From contig JBCDFV010000023.1 of NCBI GenBank assembly GCA_039177555.1, positions 4,898-68,897 of the forward strand: a stretch of 64,000 bases of DNA, in the 5' to 3' direction. Under the pieces are notes generated by a model. It did no database searches, was not told where the DNA came from, and worked only from the letters and a program-made list of their open reading frames with translations. The position numbers were made by a program, and so were the translations under genes. This document shows positions 38,373 through 48,262 of the stretch, piece by piece; position 1 is the first letter of the stretch, and the number at the start of each line of letters is the position of its first letter. The stretch comes from Pseudomonadota bacterium (GTDB lineage: Bacteria > Pseudomonadota > Alphaproteobacteria > DSM-16000 > Inquilinaceae).

Positions 38373-39482
38373 CTACGGTGCCTGTTCCAGCTTCAGGTAA
38401 AAGTCGCGATAGATGGCGTCGCGGTTGATGTCGTAAGCCTCGCGCATCGCATGGCGCCCCTCGGGGTGCTGCCAGGTCAGATCGTCGGCCAGGACGGGCG
38501 CCGGCAAGATGTCGGTCGGCACCCAGGCGGGATTGATCAGCCAGGCGATGTTGATGATGTCCCAGACGATCCAAGTGCGCCATTCGATGCCGGTGATGCC
38601 GCGCTGATCGTGGATCGGGTTGTTGGTATAGAGATGATAGAGATAGTCGCCGATCGCGCCCTTGCCGCGCACCCATTTCTCCATCTCCGGCAGCGAGATG
38701 GTGAGCTGCGCCCCGATGTGGAACCCGGGCAGGTAGACATGGGCCACGCCGCTCTCAAACAGCAATTGTGATGCCAATTTGTCCTGCACCAGGTTCAGCG
38801 ACGGCACGTTGTTGCGATGGCTGCGGCTCGGGTAGCCCGAGGTCCACAAAACGACCATGTTGTCGATGATCTCCGGCGCCATCAGCAGCGCCGAGGCGAT
38901 GTTGGTGACGCAGCCGATCGCCGAGACATAAAGCGGCCGGTCCGAAGGCGCCAAGGCCTGCTCGATGATGAACTCTGCCGCCGGCGTGCGGATCGGCTGG
39001 TCCAGTGAGGTGAGATAGCCGGGCGAGCCGTGGAAGACCTTGCCGCCGGGGTCCATGTTCAGCTTGTCGTAGACCCGCAGGATTTCGTCATAGCTGCGCT
39101 GTTCGCCTTCGTCGGGCGGCACGAACTCGACTTCGGCCGGGTGTCTTTCTTGGTCTATCAAGCCTTCGACCCAGCCGCGATAGGTGCCGACGATCGCGTG
39201 TTCCTCGGCCGTTTTGGCGCCGCCTTCCTTCATGATCTCGTGCGCCTGCAAGAGGCCCGGCCGCAGATGCTGGAACGAGTAGGGCTCTGCCGTGACGCCT
39301 TCCACCTCGATCTGGTCCGGCGACAACAGCGCCCAGGCGAGCGCGAACTGGTCGTCGATCTCGTTGGCGGTATCCGTGTCCAGCACCATGCGCACGGGGC
39401 CCGTGGGCGGCGCCAGCAGGCGGCGCATATGGTCATCGGGAAGCGGTTTGAACCGGTCGATGATCTCGCGGGGAATGGCCAT
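38373..39482 (-). CDS. nucleoside hydrolase-family protein (atypically long)
   Basis: 369 aa with the Ca-binding Asp cluster MVLDTDTANEIDDQFAL. It has an N-terminal extension of about 30 aa before the DxDxxxDD motif. Confidence 0.75.
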   Translation of the reverse strand: MAIPREIIDRFKPLPDDHMRRLLAPPTGPVRMVLDTDTANEIDDQFALAWALLSPDQIEVEGVTAEPYSFQHLRPGLLQAHEIMKEGGAKTAEEHAIVGTYRGWVEGLIDQERHPAEVEFVPPDEGEQRSYDEILRVYDKLNMDPGGKVFHGSPGYLTSLDQPIRTPAAEFIIEQALAPSDRPLYVSAIGCVTNIASALLMAPEIIDNMVVLWTSGYPSRSHRNNVPSLNLVQDKLASQLLFESGVAHVYLPGFHIGAQLTISLPEMEKWVRGKGAIGDYLYHLYTNNPIHDQRGITGIEWRTWIVWDIINIAWLINPAWVPTDILPAPVLADDLTWQHPEGRHAMREAYDINRDAIYRDFYLKLEQAP

Positions 39483-39655
39483 CGTTTTTTGTTATCCTTT
39501 GTGTCGCGCGGGTAAGCGTGGGCGGTCGGGGTGCGGATTGGCGGTGGCGTCAACACAGTATGCCGGCTCAGCCGACGAACGTGAACCATGATTTGATATA
39601 ACAGATTTTCCGGGCCGTTTGCGTGCCCGGACGGCTGCCATCTGAGGAGGGGAGG

Positions 39656-40852
39656 ATGACGATCAAAGACGAACGCACCACCATCGGTCGCCGGCACCTT
39701 ATCGGATCGATGGCAGCGGCGGGACTGGCCGCACCCGCCCTATTGCGGCCGCGCCGGTCGTCGGCGTCCGGCACGGTCGAAATCGGCGCCGTTCTGCCGC
39801 TCACCGGCGCCTGGCAGGTGTTTGGCCAGCAGGCGCGGCTGGGCATCGATCTCGCGATCGCCGAGATCAACCAGGCTGGCGGCATCCTCGGCCAGACGGT
39901 CTCGATCGACTATCAGGACGATGCCAGCGATCCTCAGAACTCAGCCGCCGCTGCGGAGAGCCTGGTGGCCCGAAGCGGTGTCGTCGCGGTCACCGGCCCG
40001 ATCTCGTCGGCGTCCCGCGACGCCCTTGCCGATGCCATGACGCAGTCGCGCACGCCGCTGCTGTACGCCACGGACTATGAGGGCGGCGCCTGCAACGACG
40101 TCTTCTTCTTTTTCAACAGCGTGCCCAACCAGAGCGCGGAGCCGCTAATGCGCTATGCCGTGGGCGAGATTGCCGACACGGTCTTCATGTTGGGCGCCGA
40201 CTATGTCTGGCCGCACCGGATGTTCGAAACCTCGGCGGAGACCGTCGAGGCGGCGGGCGGACAGGTGCTGGATCAGCGCTTCGTGCCGGTCGCCGGCCTG
40301 TCGGACTATGGCGAGATCGTCGGCGCCATCCGGTCCAGCGGCGCCGGCCTGCTCGTGCTGGCCCTGCCGGGCGCGCAGCATCTGGCGTTCGTGAACCAGG
40401 CTTACGAGGAGGGGCTGTTGGGCCAGGTGACCGTCTGCAATCTTGGCGGCATCGCGACCTATTTCCATCCGGACGACACCGACGCGGCGACGGCCGCCTA
40501 TGGCTGCGAACCCTTCATCGAAACCGACCCCTCCGCCGTCGCCCAAGCGTTCGTGTCAGGCATCCGCGCAAGTGCCGGACCTGACGCCGTCGTAACCTCC
40601 TACGCCATGACCCATTACAATGCGATGCACGCGTTGAAGTCGGCGTTGGAGCGGTCGGGCGAGATCTCGCGCGAGGCGGCGGTCGCGGGCTTGGCGGGCT
40701 TGGAGTATCAGACCCCGACAGGCCCGTCCCAAATCGATGCCGACACCCATCATTCGACGCTGTCGATGTTCATCGCCCATACGGGGGCGGGCACGCTGGA
40801 GATCGTGGAGCCGCTGGGCGCCATCGCGCCGCAGCCGGGGTGCACCGTTTAG
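39656..40852 (+). CDS. type-1 periplasmic substrate-binding protein (Leu/Ile/Val-, amide- or urea-binding type), orphan
   Basis: ATG 39656 follows a GAGGAGGGGAGG SD. It has a Tat-like signal (RRHLIGSMAAAGLAAPALL). GAVLPLTGAWQVFGQQ is typical of the LivK/AmiC family. There are no adjacent permease or ATPase genes. Confidence 0.85.
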   Translation: MTIKDERTTIGRRHLIGSMAAAGLAAPALLRPRRSSASGTVEIGAVLPLTGAWQVFGQQARLGIDLAIAEINQAGGILGQTVSIDYQDDASDPQNSAAAAESLVARSGVVAVTGPISSASRDALADAMTQSRTPLLYATDYEGGACNDVFFFFNSVPNQSAEPLMRYAVGEIADTVFMLGADYVWPHRMFETSAETVEAAGGQVLDQRFVPVAGLSDYGEIVGAIRSSGAGLLVLALPGAQHLAFVNQAYEEGLLGQVTVCNLGGIATYFHPDDTDAATAAYGCEPFIETDPSAVAQAFVSGIRASAGPDAVVTSYAMTHYNAMHALKSALERSGEISREAAVAGLAGLEYQTPTGPSQIDADTHHSTLSMFIAHTGAGTLEIVEPLGAIAPQPGCTV

Positions 40853-40864
40853 ACCGACAGGCCC

Positions 40865-41863
40865 TCAGTCGATCTCGACGACCACCGTGCCGATCGCGCC
40901 GGCCTCCGCCGCTTCATGGGCGGCGGCGATCCGGTCCAGCGGAAAACGTTCCGCCACCGCGACCTGAAGCGTGCCGTTGGTGGCCAGCCGATCGATCGCT
41001 TCGATACCGGCCTGGCGCGCGTTTTCCGGCAGGTTGAAGCCCTGAACGAAGCGAACGTTCACGCCCTTGAACGCCAGCGCGTAGTAGGGCAGCACCGGCT
41101 CCGGATCGGACGTGGAGGAGTAGGAGGCGATCACGCCGTTCGGCTTGATCACCTCGCAATCGATGGCGAGATTGGCGGCGAAGTCGACCTCGATAATGCG
41201 GTCGACATCGGCGCCGTCCGTCAGGTCCAGCACCCGCGCCGCGACGTCTTCCTCGCGGTAGTTGATGGTTTCGGCTGCGCCCGCGGCCCGGGCATGCCGC
41301 GCCTTTTCCTCGCCGCTGACCGTGCCGATCACCTTCGCACCGCCTTGGGCCGCGAACTGCACGGCAAAATGGGCGACCGCGCCGGCCGCGCCGGCAACCA
41401 GGATGGTCTGGCCGGCCACCGGGCCGTCGGCGAAGACCGCGCGGTGGGCCGTCAGCGCCGGCACACCCAGGCAGGCGCCATCGGCAAAGGTGAGGCCGTC
41501 GGGCAGGGGCACGGCCTGGGCCGCCGGCAGGGCGCAGAAATCGGCCGCCGTGCCCAGGCTGCGGCCCGGCTCGTTATAGCCGCCTTGGGCGTTCCACAGC
41601 CAAACAGGTTCACCGATGCGCTCGGCCGAGACCCCGTCGCCGACGGCCGCGATCTCGCCGGCGCCGTCGGAATGGGGCACGACCAGATCGTGATCCATGG
41701 CCATACCGCGCCAGCCCGCCCGGCGCTTCAAGTCCGACGGATTGATGCCGGAGGCGCGCACGCGCACCAGCACCTCGCCCGGCGCCGGTTCCGGCGCGGG
41801 CAGGTCGCCGATCGTCAGGACGGAGGCGGCGGGGCCGGTCGACCGGTACCAGGCAGCACGCAT
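40865..41863 (-). CDS. NADPH:quinone oxidoreductase / zinc-independent MDR-family oxidoreductase
   Basis: 332 aa with GEVLVRVRASGINPSD and the Rossmann motif LVAGAAGAVAHFAVQFA. Confidence 0.9.
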   Translation of the reverse strand: MRAAWYRSTGPAASVLTIGDLPAPEPAPGEVLVRVRASGINPSDLKRRAGWRGMAMDHDLVVPHSDGAGEIAAVGDGVSAERIGEPVWLWNAQGGYNEPGRSLGTAADFCALPAAQAVPLPDGLTFADGACLGVPALTAHRAVFADGPVAGQTILVAGAAGAVAHFAVQFAAQGGAKVIGTVSGEEKARHARAAGAAETINYREEDVAARVLDLTDGADVDRIIEVDFAANLAIDCEVIKPNGVIASYSSTSDPEPVLPYYALAFKGVNVRFVQGFNLPENARQAGIEAIDRLATNGTLQVAVAERFPLDRIAAAHEAAEAGAIGTVVVEID

Positions 41864-41888
41864 GCCGGCCGACCCCCTTTTCAGATCC

Positions 41889-43625
41889 CTAGGCCGCCTT
41901 GCGCGCCAGCTCGATATGCCGGGTTGCCTGGCGCAGGGCCGAGATCAGGCGATTGCGCCCGCGCACAAGCTGGGTCACGGCAAAGCCCAACGTGCCGTTG
42001 CTCTGGTGATAGTCCAGATCCTTCACCGTCGCGATGGTCGGCAGGGGCGGCACGGTCAGGGCCGGGTCGTGGCGGAACCGCGCCTCGCGGGTGAAGTTGA
42101 TCGGCACCAGGATGCGCGCCAGGTCCTGGATGATCGTGTTCGCGGTTTCAGGCGCGACCGCGCCACTCTCGATGCTCGCATAAAGGTCGTCCAGCGCCGC
42201 CGCCATCGTTTCCGCCGCTTCCTTGGCCGGGCCCAGGTCAAAGCGATCGCCGGCGGTCTTCTGATAGCCGGCTATCGTGTCCAGGAATTCCTTCGCCGTC
42301 GCCCGCCAGTCAAAGGGCAGGATCTCGGCGTTGGCGTTGCGGAACACGGCCAACAGATAGACCTTGATGTCGCGCAGCATGGAGTCCTTGTCGGCGATCT
42401 CCAGCGTGTCGTTTTCGGTGTGCCAGGCGATGTTGCCGCCGCAGCCGCCGACCGCGTAATAGCCCTTCTCTTCCCGCAGGGCCGTGGTCATCGTCGACGA
42501 CAACATGAAGTAGCTGCTGATGCCGATATTGTTGAAGGAATAGTCGCCGGCCCGGTGCGGCCGCTCGCCGCCGATCGGCTTGTCGGCCACTTCCTTCACG
42601 ATCTCGGCGATGAAGCTGTCGGCCTCGGACATCAGCGACAGGTTCTCGAACTCTGTCGCCCAGCGGCAGCCGGGGCTGTCGCAATTGACCTGCGCGACGC
42701 AGTTGGCCTCCAGGTCCAGCGCGAATTCGTCGGCGAACCAGGTGCTGCCGGCGTAACGGCCGGTCGAGTGACCGGGCCACCAGGCGATGCGCACCGACCG
42801 CTTCAGCTTGTCCCGGTTGTTCCACAGGACGCGGGCGACCTCCAGCATGGTCGCGTCGCCGGTGGCGTTGTCGCCGACACCGACATCCCAACTGTCTAGG
42901 TGTCCGTGCAGCAGCACGTACTTCTCCGGCTCTTCGGTGCCGGGGATGAAGACGTCCGGCAGGGTGGAGGTGAACCAGCCTTCCTCCATGTCGGCGAACA
43001 GCTTGATGGTGGCGCCCTCGCGGGCCAGCGCGATCAGCTCGTCCCCGTCCGGCTTGCTGACGGCGACCGAGACCACGCCGGGCTTGCGCGGCAGGTCGTC
43101 CAGGTCCGGCGTGCCCCAGATGGTGGTGCAGATGCCCCAATGGATGTCGACACCGGGGTTGATGCCGATCACACCGATCGCGCCCAGCTCTTCAAACTGA
43201 GAGATCATGCCCGGGCTGGCGAAACCCTCGGAGATGACGATCTTGCCGGCGACCCGGTTGGCCGCCGGATCGTCGGGGTCCAGCTTCTTGTCGAAGATCG
43301 TGTCGATATCGTCGGCCTGGTTGGCGGCGACGTACAGCAGTTCGCCTTCAAGACCATCCTTGGCGTCGACGCTGTAGGCCGGTGGCTTGGCCCGGAACGT
43401 CTTGCCGCCGGCCTCGACCCGCGCCTCGCCCGGCAGGCTGAGATACAACGACGGCTCATGCACCGTGACGTCGACGCCATGGGCGCGCAGGCGCGAGACC
43501 ACATCGTCCATGCCGCGCGCCACGTCGGTCGGGTGCTCGCGCTTGAAGGTCGAAAACCGCTCTACCAGCCCCCAGGGCTCATCCAGGCTGACATCGGCCA
43601 GCAGGCCGGATTCGATCTCGTTCAT
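41889..43625 (-). CDS. M28-family metallopeptidase with PA domain
   Basis: 578 aa with a PA-domain insert (GKIVISEGFASPG). The zinc-ligand motifs are HGHLDSWDVGVGDNATG and WWPGHSTG. Confidence 0.85.
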   Translation of the reverse strand: MNEIESGLLADVSLDEPWGLVERFSTFKREHPTDVARGMDDVVSRLRAHGVDVTVHEPSLYLSLPGEARVEAGGKTFRAKPPAYSVDAKDGLEGELLYVAANQADDIDTIFDKKLDPDDPAANRVAGKIVISEGFASPGMISQFEELGAIGVIGINPGVDIHWGICTTIWGTPDLDDLPRKPGVVSVAVSKPDGDELIALAREGATIKLFADMEEGWFTSTLPDVFIPGTEEPEKYVLLHGHLDSWDVGVGDNATGDATMLEVARVLWNNRDKLKRSVRIAWWPGHSTGRYAGSTWFADEFALDLEANCVAQVNCDSPGCRWATEFENLSLMSEADSFIAEIVKEVADKPIGGERPHRAGDYSFNNIGISSYFMLSSTMTTALREEKGYYAVGGCGGNIAWHTENDTLEIADKDSMLRDIKVYLLAVFRNANAEILPFDWRATAKEFLDTIAGYQKTAGDRFDLGPAKEAAETMAAALDDLYASIESGAVAPETANTIIQDLARILVPINFTREARFRHDPALTVPPLPTIATVKDLDYHQSNGTLGFAVTQLVRGRNRLISALRQATRHIELARKAA

Positions 43626-43672
43626 CCGCTATCCCTTCCCTTGCGCGCGATCGCCGGCATGGCGACAATCCT

Positions 43673-43698
43673 GTTTCATTCAATGAAACAGCGTTTCA
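43673..43698 (-). promoter_or_regulatory. 26-bp triple half-site operator upstream of the M28 peptidase gene (candidate IclR box)
   Basis: The site is GTTTCA-TTCAA-TGAAAC-AGC-GTTTCA. Its reverse complement matches the site at 44677-44702 at 22 of 26 positions. It lies 48-73 nt upstream of the peptidase start. Confidence 0.55.
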
Positions 43699-43735
43699 GT
43701 TTGAGCGGGAGTCGTAGCAGCCTTGTTTTCCGGTC

Positions 43736-44560
43736 TCAAGCGGCGTCAGCATTTTCCGGTGAGATTTCGCGCAAGCCCGGCGCACCGGTCCCGGCTGTTG
43801 GTCGTCCCAGCCGCGTCGATATCGACAGGGCGGCGGCTTGCGCGGCCGACAGATGCGCGTCCTGGCGCGCGGCGTCCAGCCTGGCGTTGGGGCCGGCGAC
43901 CGACAAGGCCGCCACGACATCGCCATGCGGTCCCCAAATCGGCACGGCAATGGAATAGGCGCCGATGTCCAGATCGTCTTGGGCGATGTGATAGCCGTCT
44001 TCCCGAATGGTCTTCAGAATCGGCCGCAGTCTGGCGGGTTCGGTCACCGTTTGGGGCGTGTAGCGCTCAAGCGGCGCGGCCAGCACCTGGTCGATAACCT
44101 CGTCCGGCGCATAGGCCAGCAACAGCTTGCTGCCGCCGCCCGCATGCAGCGGCCCGCGCCGGCCGGCCTTGGCGAACAGCCGCATGGACTGGCGGCTTTC
44201 CCGTGTCGCCACGCACAGGATGTGGTTGGCGTCGCGGACGATCAGATTGATGTTCTCGTCGGTCTGGTCGCGCAGGCCATCCATGATCGGCGCCGCCGCC
44301 ACGACAACGCTTTGCTGCTCGTCGACGCAGTTGCCGAGATAGGCCAGCCGATAGCCCAGCGCGTAGTGCGCCTGCCCGCCATCCTTGGCCACGAAGCCGC
44401 GCTCTTCCAGGGTCTGCAGAAGGCGGAAGGTCAGGGTCTTGGTGTAACCCAACTGTTTGGCCAGCTCCGTCACGCCGATATCCGGATGTTCGGCCAGCGC
44501 CTCCAGGACAAGCAGGGCCCGGTCGACGGCTTCGATCGTGTAACGGCGGGATGTGGTCAT
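43736..44560 (-). CDS. IclR-family transcriptional regulator
   Basis: 274 aa. The N-terminal wHTH is AVDRALLVLEALAEHPDIGVTELAKQLGYTKTLTFRLLQTL. A C-terminal IclR effector domain is present. Confidence 0.9.
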   Translation of the reverse strand: MTTSRRYTIEAVDRALLVLEALAEHPDIGVTELAKQLGYTKTLTFRLLQTLEERGFVAKDGGQAHYALGYRLAYLGNCVDEQQSVVVAAAPIMDGLRDQTDENINLIVRDANHILCVATRESRQSMRLFAKAGRRGPLHAGGGSKLLLAYAPDEVIDQVLAAPLERYTPQTVTEPARLRPILKTIREDGYHIAQDDLDIGAYSIAVPIWGPHGDVVAALSVAGPNARLDAARQDAHLSAAQAAALSISTRLGRPTAGTGAPGLREISPENADAA

Positions 44561-44676
44561 GGCTCACCTATCCGACAAGGCAGGTCGACGTGCGTGTCCG
44601 CCCTGACAGGACGAACGAGGACGGCGTTAGGATGCTTGCGTCAATGACGTGACATGTCCTAACGTTCTCCTACTGA

Positions 44677-44702
44677 TGAAACGCCGTTTTATTCAATAAA
44701 AC
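44677..44702 (+). promoter_or_regulatory. 26-bp triple half-site operator upstream of the racemase/ABC operon (candidate IclR box)
   Basis: The site is TGAAAC-GCC-GTTTTA-TTCAA-TAAAAC. It lies 30-55 nt upstream of ATG 44732, in the promoter region divergent from the IclR gene. Confidence 0.55.
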
Positions 44703-44731
44703 GCAGTCACGTCAACACTAGGAGGCCGACC

Positions 44732-45484
44732 ATGAAAATCGCTTATGTCGTGCCAGGTCCCATGTCGAAGGGACCGATGGGCGCCACCGAAGTGAAGCGT
44801 CGTGAACGGTTGTTGAACCAATGGGCCTTTGAAGGCACGACGGCCCAGGTCGTCGATGTCGAGACCGGGCCGTCGTCCATCGAGTCCGCGTATGAGGAAA
44901 TGCTGGCCATTCCGGCCACGCTTGATCTCATTCGCGATTGCGAGGCCGACGGGTTTGACGCCGCCATCATCGGCTGCTTCGGCGATCCGGGGCTTGAGGC
45001 GGCGCGGGAACTGGTCCGCATGCCGGTCATCGGGCCGGCGGAGTCGTCCATGCTGTTGGCCGCCTCCCTCGGCCACAAATTCTCGATCCTGACCATCTAT
45101 GACAGCCTGATCGCCGGCCAGGAGCATCTGGCCCACAAGGCCGGTGTCGCGGCCAAGCTGGCGTCGGTGCGCGCCACCAACATCGCGGTCCTGGATCTGA
45201 TGCAGGACCGGGCCGCCACGCTCGACCGGTTGATCGAGGTCAGCCGCGCCTGCGTGAAGCAGGACCGGGCGGATTCCATCCTACTGGGCTGCATGACCAT
45301 GTCGTTCCTGGACCTCGCCGAGACGGTTTCGGCGGAGATCGGGGTTCCCGTCATCAATGCCGGCAGGGCGGCCTTGAAGCTGGCCGAAACACAGGTTTCG
45401 ATGGGCCTGAGCCATTCCGCGACGGCCTTCGCGCCGCCGCCGAAACTGGCGGCCGCCAAGCCGAAAGAGGTTTTGAGCGCCTGA
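44732..45484 (+). CDS. Asp/Glu/hydantoin racemase-family protein
   Basis: 250 aa with two catalytic-Cys regions, IIGCFGDPGL and ILLGCMTMS. It is preceded by an AGGAGG SD. Confidence 0.85.
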   Translation: MKIAYVVPGPMSKGPMGATEVKRRERLLNQWAFEGTTAQVVDVETGPSSIESAYEEMLAIPATLDLIRDCEADGFDAAIIGCFGDPGLEAARELVRMPVIGPAESSMLLAASLGHKFSILTIYDSLIAGQEHLAHKAGVAAKLASVRATNIAVLDLMQDRAATLDRLIEVSRACVKQDRADSILLGCMTMSFLDLAETVSAEIGVPVINAGRAALKLAETQVSMGLSHSATAFAPPPKLAAAKPKEVLSA

Positions 45485-45590
45485 GTGCCGACCGGCGGCA
45501 ACCGCGCCGCTCAACAAGAACACGCCCGGCCCGAGCAATCGGAAACCGGGCGTCATGTACAAGCAGTGAATGAGCAAGGAGGTCCCTTTC

Positions 45591-47246
45591 ATGAAAAACC
45601 TGTTCAAGGCGACGACCGCGTTCGGCCTCGCCCTTTCGGTCGCCGGCCCGGTCTTCGCCGCCGGTGACGAGATCCGCGAAATTACACTTCTTTCCCAACC
45701 TCAGGCCGCCCAGCCGGCTGAGTTTCAGTTCATTCAACTGATTGCCCAGGAATGGCGCCGGCTCGGTTTGGACGTCAACGTCGAAGTCATGCCTTGGGAA
45801 CAGATGGCGGAGGTTGTCTGGTACAACCGTGATGACTGGGATTCAACCGGATGGCGAATGGTCGGCCGGCCCGAGAGAAGCGACCCGGACGAGTTGATCT
45901 ACAACCTTTTCCACTCATCCACCGCGCCGACGGGATACAACTTCATCGGCTATCAAAACCCCGAGTATGATGCCATCGTCGAGGCGCAGCGCACGGAGAC
46001 GGATACCGATACGCGCCGGGACCTGATCCATCAGGCCCAGGCGATCCTAGCTCAAGACCAGCCAAATCTGATGCTGGCTCATCCTCAGTCCACGTTTGCT
46101 TACGACAACACGGTTTGGAATCCGGACTCGGTGGTCGAGCAGGGTGGCATTGGTATTCGGAACACCTGGACGTTCTTGAACCTGGAACCCTTGGGCGACC
46201 AGCGAGACGTGATCCTGAACACCACGGAAACCGTCAGAGCAATCAATCCTCTGGAAATCAGCGGCGCCACCGATAGCTGGATCACCGAACTGGTTTGGGA
46301 TCGGTTGCTGCGGATTGGCCCTGACGGCCTGCCACAGCCCTGGGCGGCGGAAAGCTATGAGTGGCTGGACGACACCACGGTTGAGGTGGTGCTGCGCGAC
46401 GGCATGAACTGGCACGATGGCGAGCCTGTCACTGTCGAGGACGTCAAATTCTCGTTCGAAGCGCCAATGGGGGATGAGGCGCCGATGTATACGCCGTTCG
46501 TCAGCAATATCGCCGACATCGAGATTGTTGACGACGCGACGCTGCGGTTTCATTTGAACAGCCCCTCGGCCGCGTTTCCAACGGCAAGCCTGGCGAAGAT
46601 AAACCTCATCCCAATGCATATCTGGGAGCCGATCCTCGCGGATCTGGCCACACGTGATGAGGAAAACGCGGAGGACTATCAGGAAGAAGTGCCCATTGGC
46701 TCGGGGCCGTTTCGCTATGCCAGCTGGCTGACGAACGAAGAGGTTGTTCTGGAAGCAAACACAGAGCATTTCGCGGCGCCGAATGTCGATCGCTGGATTC
46801 TGCGTATCGTGCCGAACACGGAGGCCTCGCTTGGCATGCTGCGCTCGGGCGAGATCAACTTCCTGGCCGACTATCCGGGGGACGCGAACATCCTGATCGA
46901 GATGGCCAACGAGGACGGCGATCTCGAGGTCGTCTCGACGGTGGATATGGGCTTCCGCTATGTCGCCTTTAACCATCGCCGGCCACCGTTCAGCGATCCG
47001 GCCTTCCGCCAAGCCTTGTCGATGGCGATCAACCGCGACCTGATCGTCGGGGCCGCTTTCCGCGGCTTTGCCGTGCCGTCCAACTCGGTGATCTCGCCGG
47101 CGCTGGACTTCTGGCACAACGACGCGGTCGACGAGTTCGAGACCGGCGTAGAGGTGGCCCAGGCGATCCTTGCCGAGGCCGGGTATGAGGTCATCGACGG
47201 TCGGTTGCACTATCCCGACGGGGTCAGCGAAACCCTCGGCGAGTAG
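45591..47246 (+). CDS. ABC transporter substrate-binding protein, family 5
   Basis: ATG 45591 follows an AAGGAGG SD, and the track start 45570 contains that SD. The signal peptide is MKNLFKATTAFGLALSVAGPVFA. G+C is visibly lower than in the adjacent permease genes. Confidence 0.9.
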   Translation: MKNLFKATTAFGLALSVAGPVFAAGDEIREITLLSQPQAAQPAEFQFIQLIAQEWRRLGLDVNVEVMPWEQMAEVVWYNRDDWDSTGWRMVGRPERSDPDELIYNLFHSSTAPTGYNFIGYQNPEYDAIVEAQRTETDTDTRRDLIHQAQAILAQDQPNLMLAHPQSTFAYDNTVWNPDSVVEQGGIGIRNTWTFLNLEPLGDQRDVILNTTETVRAINPLEISGATDSWITELVWDRLLRIGPDGLPQPWAAESYEWLDDTTVEVVLRDGMNWHDGEPVTVEDVKFSFEAPMGDEAPMYTPFVSNIADIEIVDDATLRFHLNSPSAAFPTASLAKINLIPMHIWEPILADLATRDEENAEDYQEEVPIGSGPFRYASWLTNEEVVLEANTEHFAAPNVDRWILRIVPNTEASLGMLRSGEINFLADYPGDANILIEMANEDGDLEVVSTVDMGFRYVAFNHRRPPFSDPAFRQALSMAINRDLIVGAAFRGFAVPSNSVISPALDFWHNDAVDEFETGVEVAQAILAEAGYEVIDGRLHYPDGVSETLGE

Positions 47247-47284
47247 TCGGTCGGCGAGTAGCTAGCTAGAGGGCCAGCCTTCGG

Positions 47285-48262
47285 ATGTCCGGTGTCAAGC
47301 GGTTCGGGTCGCGCCTGCTTCAGCTCGTCTTCGTGCTGTGGGCGGTCGCCACCATCCTTTTCCTGATCTTCCGCTTGATGCCGGGCAGCCCGCTGGCCGC
47401 CTACATCGATCCCTCTTTTACCGAAGAGCAGCAGCGCATCCTGATGGCCCGTTTCGGGCTCGATCGCTCGTTGTTCGACCAGTACCTGTTGTACATCTGG
47501 AATCTGCTTCACGGCGATCTTGGAGAGAGCTTCTTTTACGGCCAGCCGGTGGGCGAGCGGGTTTTGATGCTGCTGCCCAACACGCTGGTTCTGTCGCTGT
47601 TCTCTATCATTCTTGCCTACATGATCGGCGTGGTCGGCGGCGCCTATCTCGCTTGGAAGCGGGGCAGCTTCCTGGAAGGCGCCACCATTCCCTTTGTGCT
47701 GACCACCCGCGCGATGCCGGAGTTCTGGCTCGGCATGGTGCTTCTGGCCGTGTTCAGCTTCAGCCTCGGCTGGTTTCCCGCCGGCGGCATGCGCACGGCC
47801 GGGTCGGAGTATCCCAGCCTGCTGGCGCTCTACACCTCCGGCGACTTTTGGCGCCACCTTTTCCTGCCGGCCCTGACGCTGGCGATCTATTTCCACGGCC
47901 TGCCGCTGTTGCTCATGCGTTCCAACATGCTCGACGTGATGAGCGAGGATTTCGTCACCATGGCGAAGATCAAGGGCCTGTCGAACTGGACCATCGTGGT
48001 CCGGCACGCGGCCCGCAATGCACTGTTGCCTGTCGCCACGTCGCTGGCCATCGCCATCGGCTATCAGATGCAGGGCAGTGTCGTGGTCGAAACGGTGTTC
48101 AGCTGGCCCGGGCTCGGCCGCGAACTGGTGCGCGCGGTGTCGGCCAGCGACTATCCGTTAGCCCAGGGCGCCTTCTTGCTCATCGCCGTCGTGGTCATCC
48201 TGATGAACCTGCTGGCCGATTTGCTGTACGGCCTGCTCGACCCGCGGATCTCCCATGCCTAG
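47285..48262 (+). CDS. ABC transporter permease (DppB type)
   Basis: 325 aa, polytopic, with a family-typical N-terminus and EAA region. Confidence 0.9.
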   Translation: MSGVKRFGSRLLQLVFVLWAVATILFLIFRLMPGSPLAAYIDPSFTEEQQRILMARFGLDRSLFDQYLLYIWNLLHGDLGESFFYGQPVGERVLMLLPNTLVLSLFSIILAYMIGVVGGAYLAWKRGSFLEGATIPFVLTTRAMPEFWLGMVLLAVFSFSLGWFPAGGMRTAGSEYPSLLALYTSGDFWRHLFLPALTLAIYFHGLPLLLMRSNMLDVMSEDFVTMAKIKGLSNWTIVVRHAARNALLPVATSLAIAIGYQMQGSVVVETVFSWPGLGRELVRAVSASDYPLAQGAFLLIAVVVILMNLLADLLYGLLDPRISHA

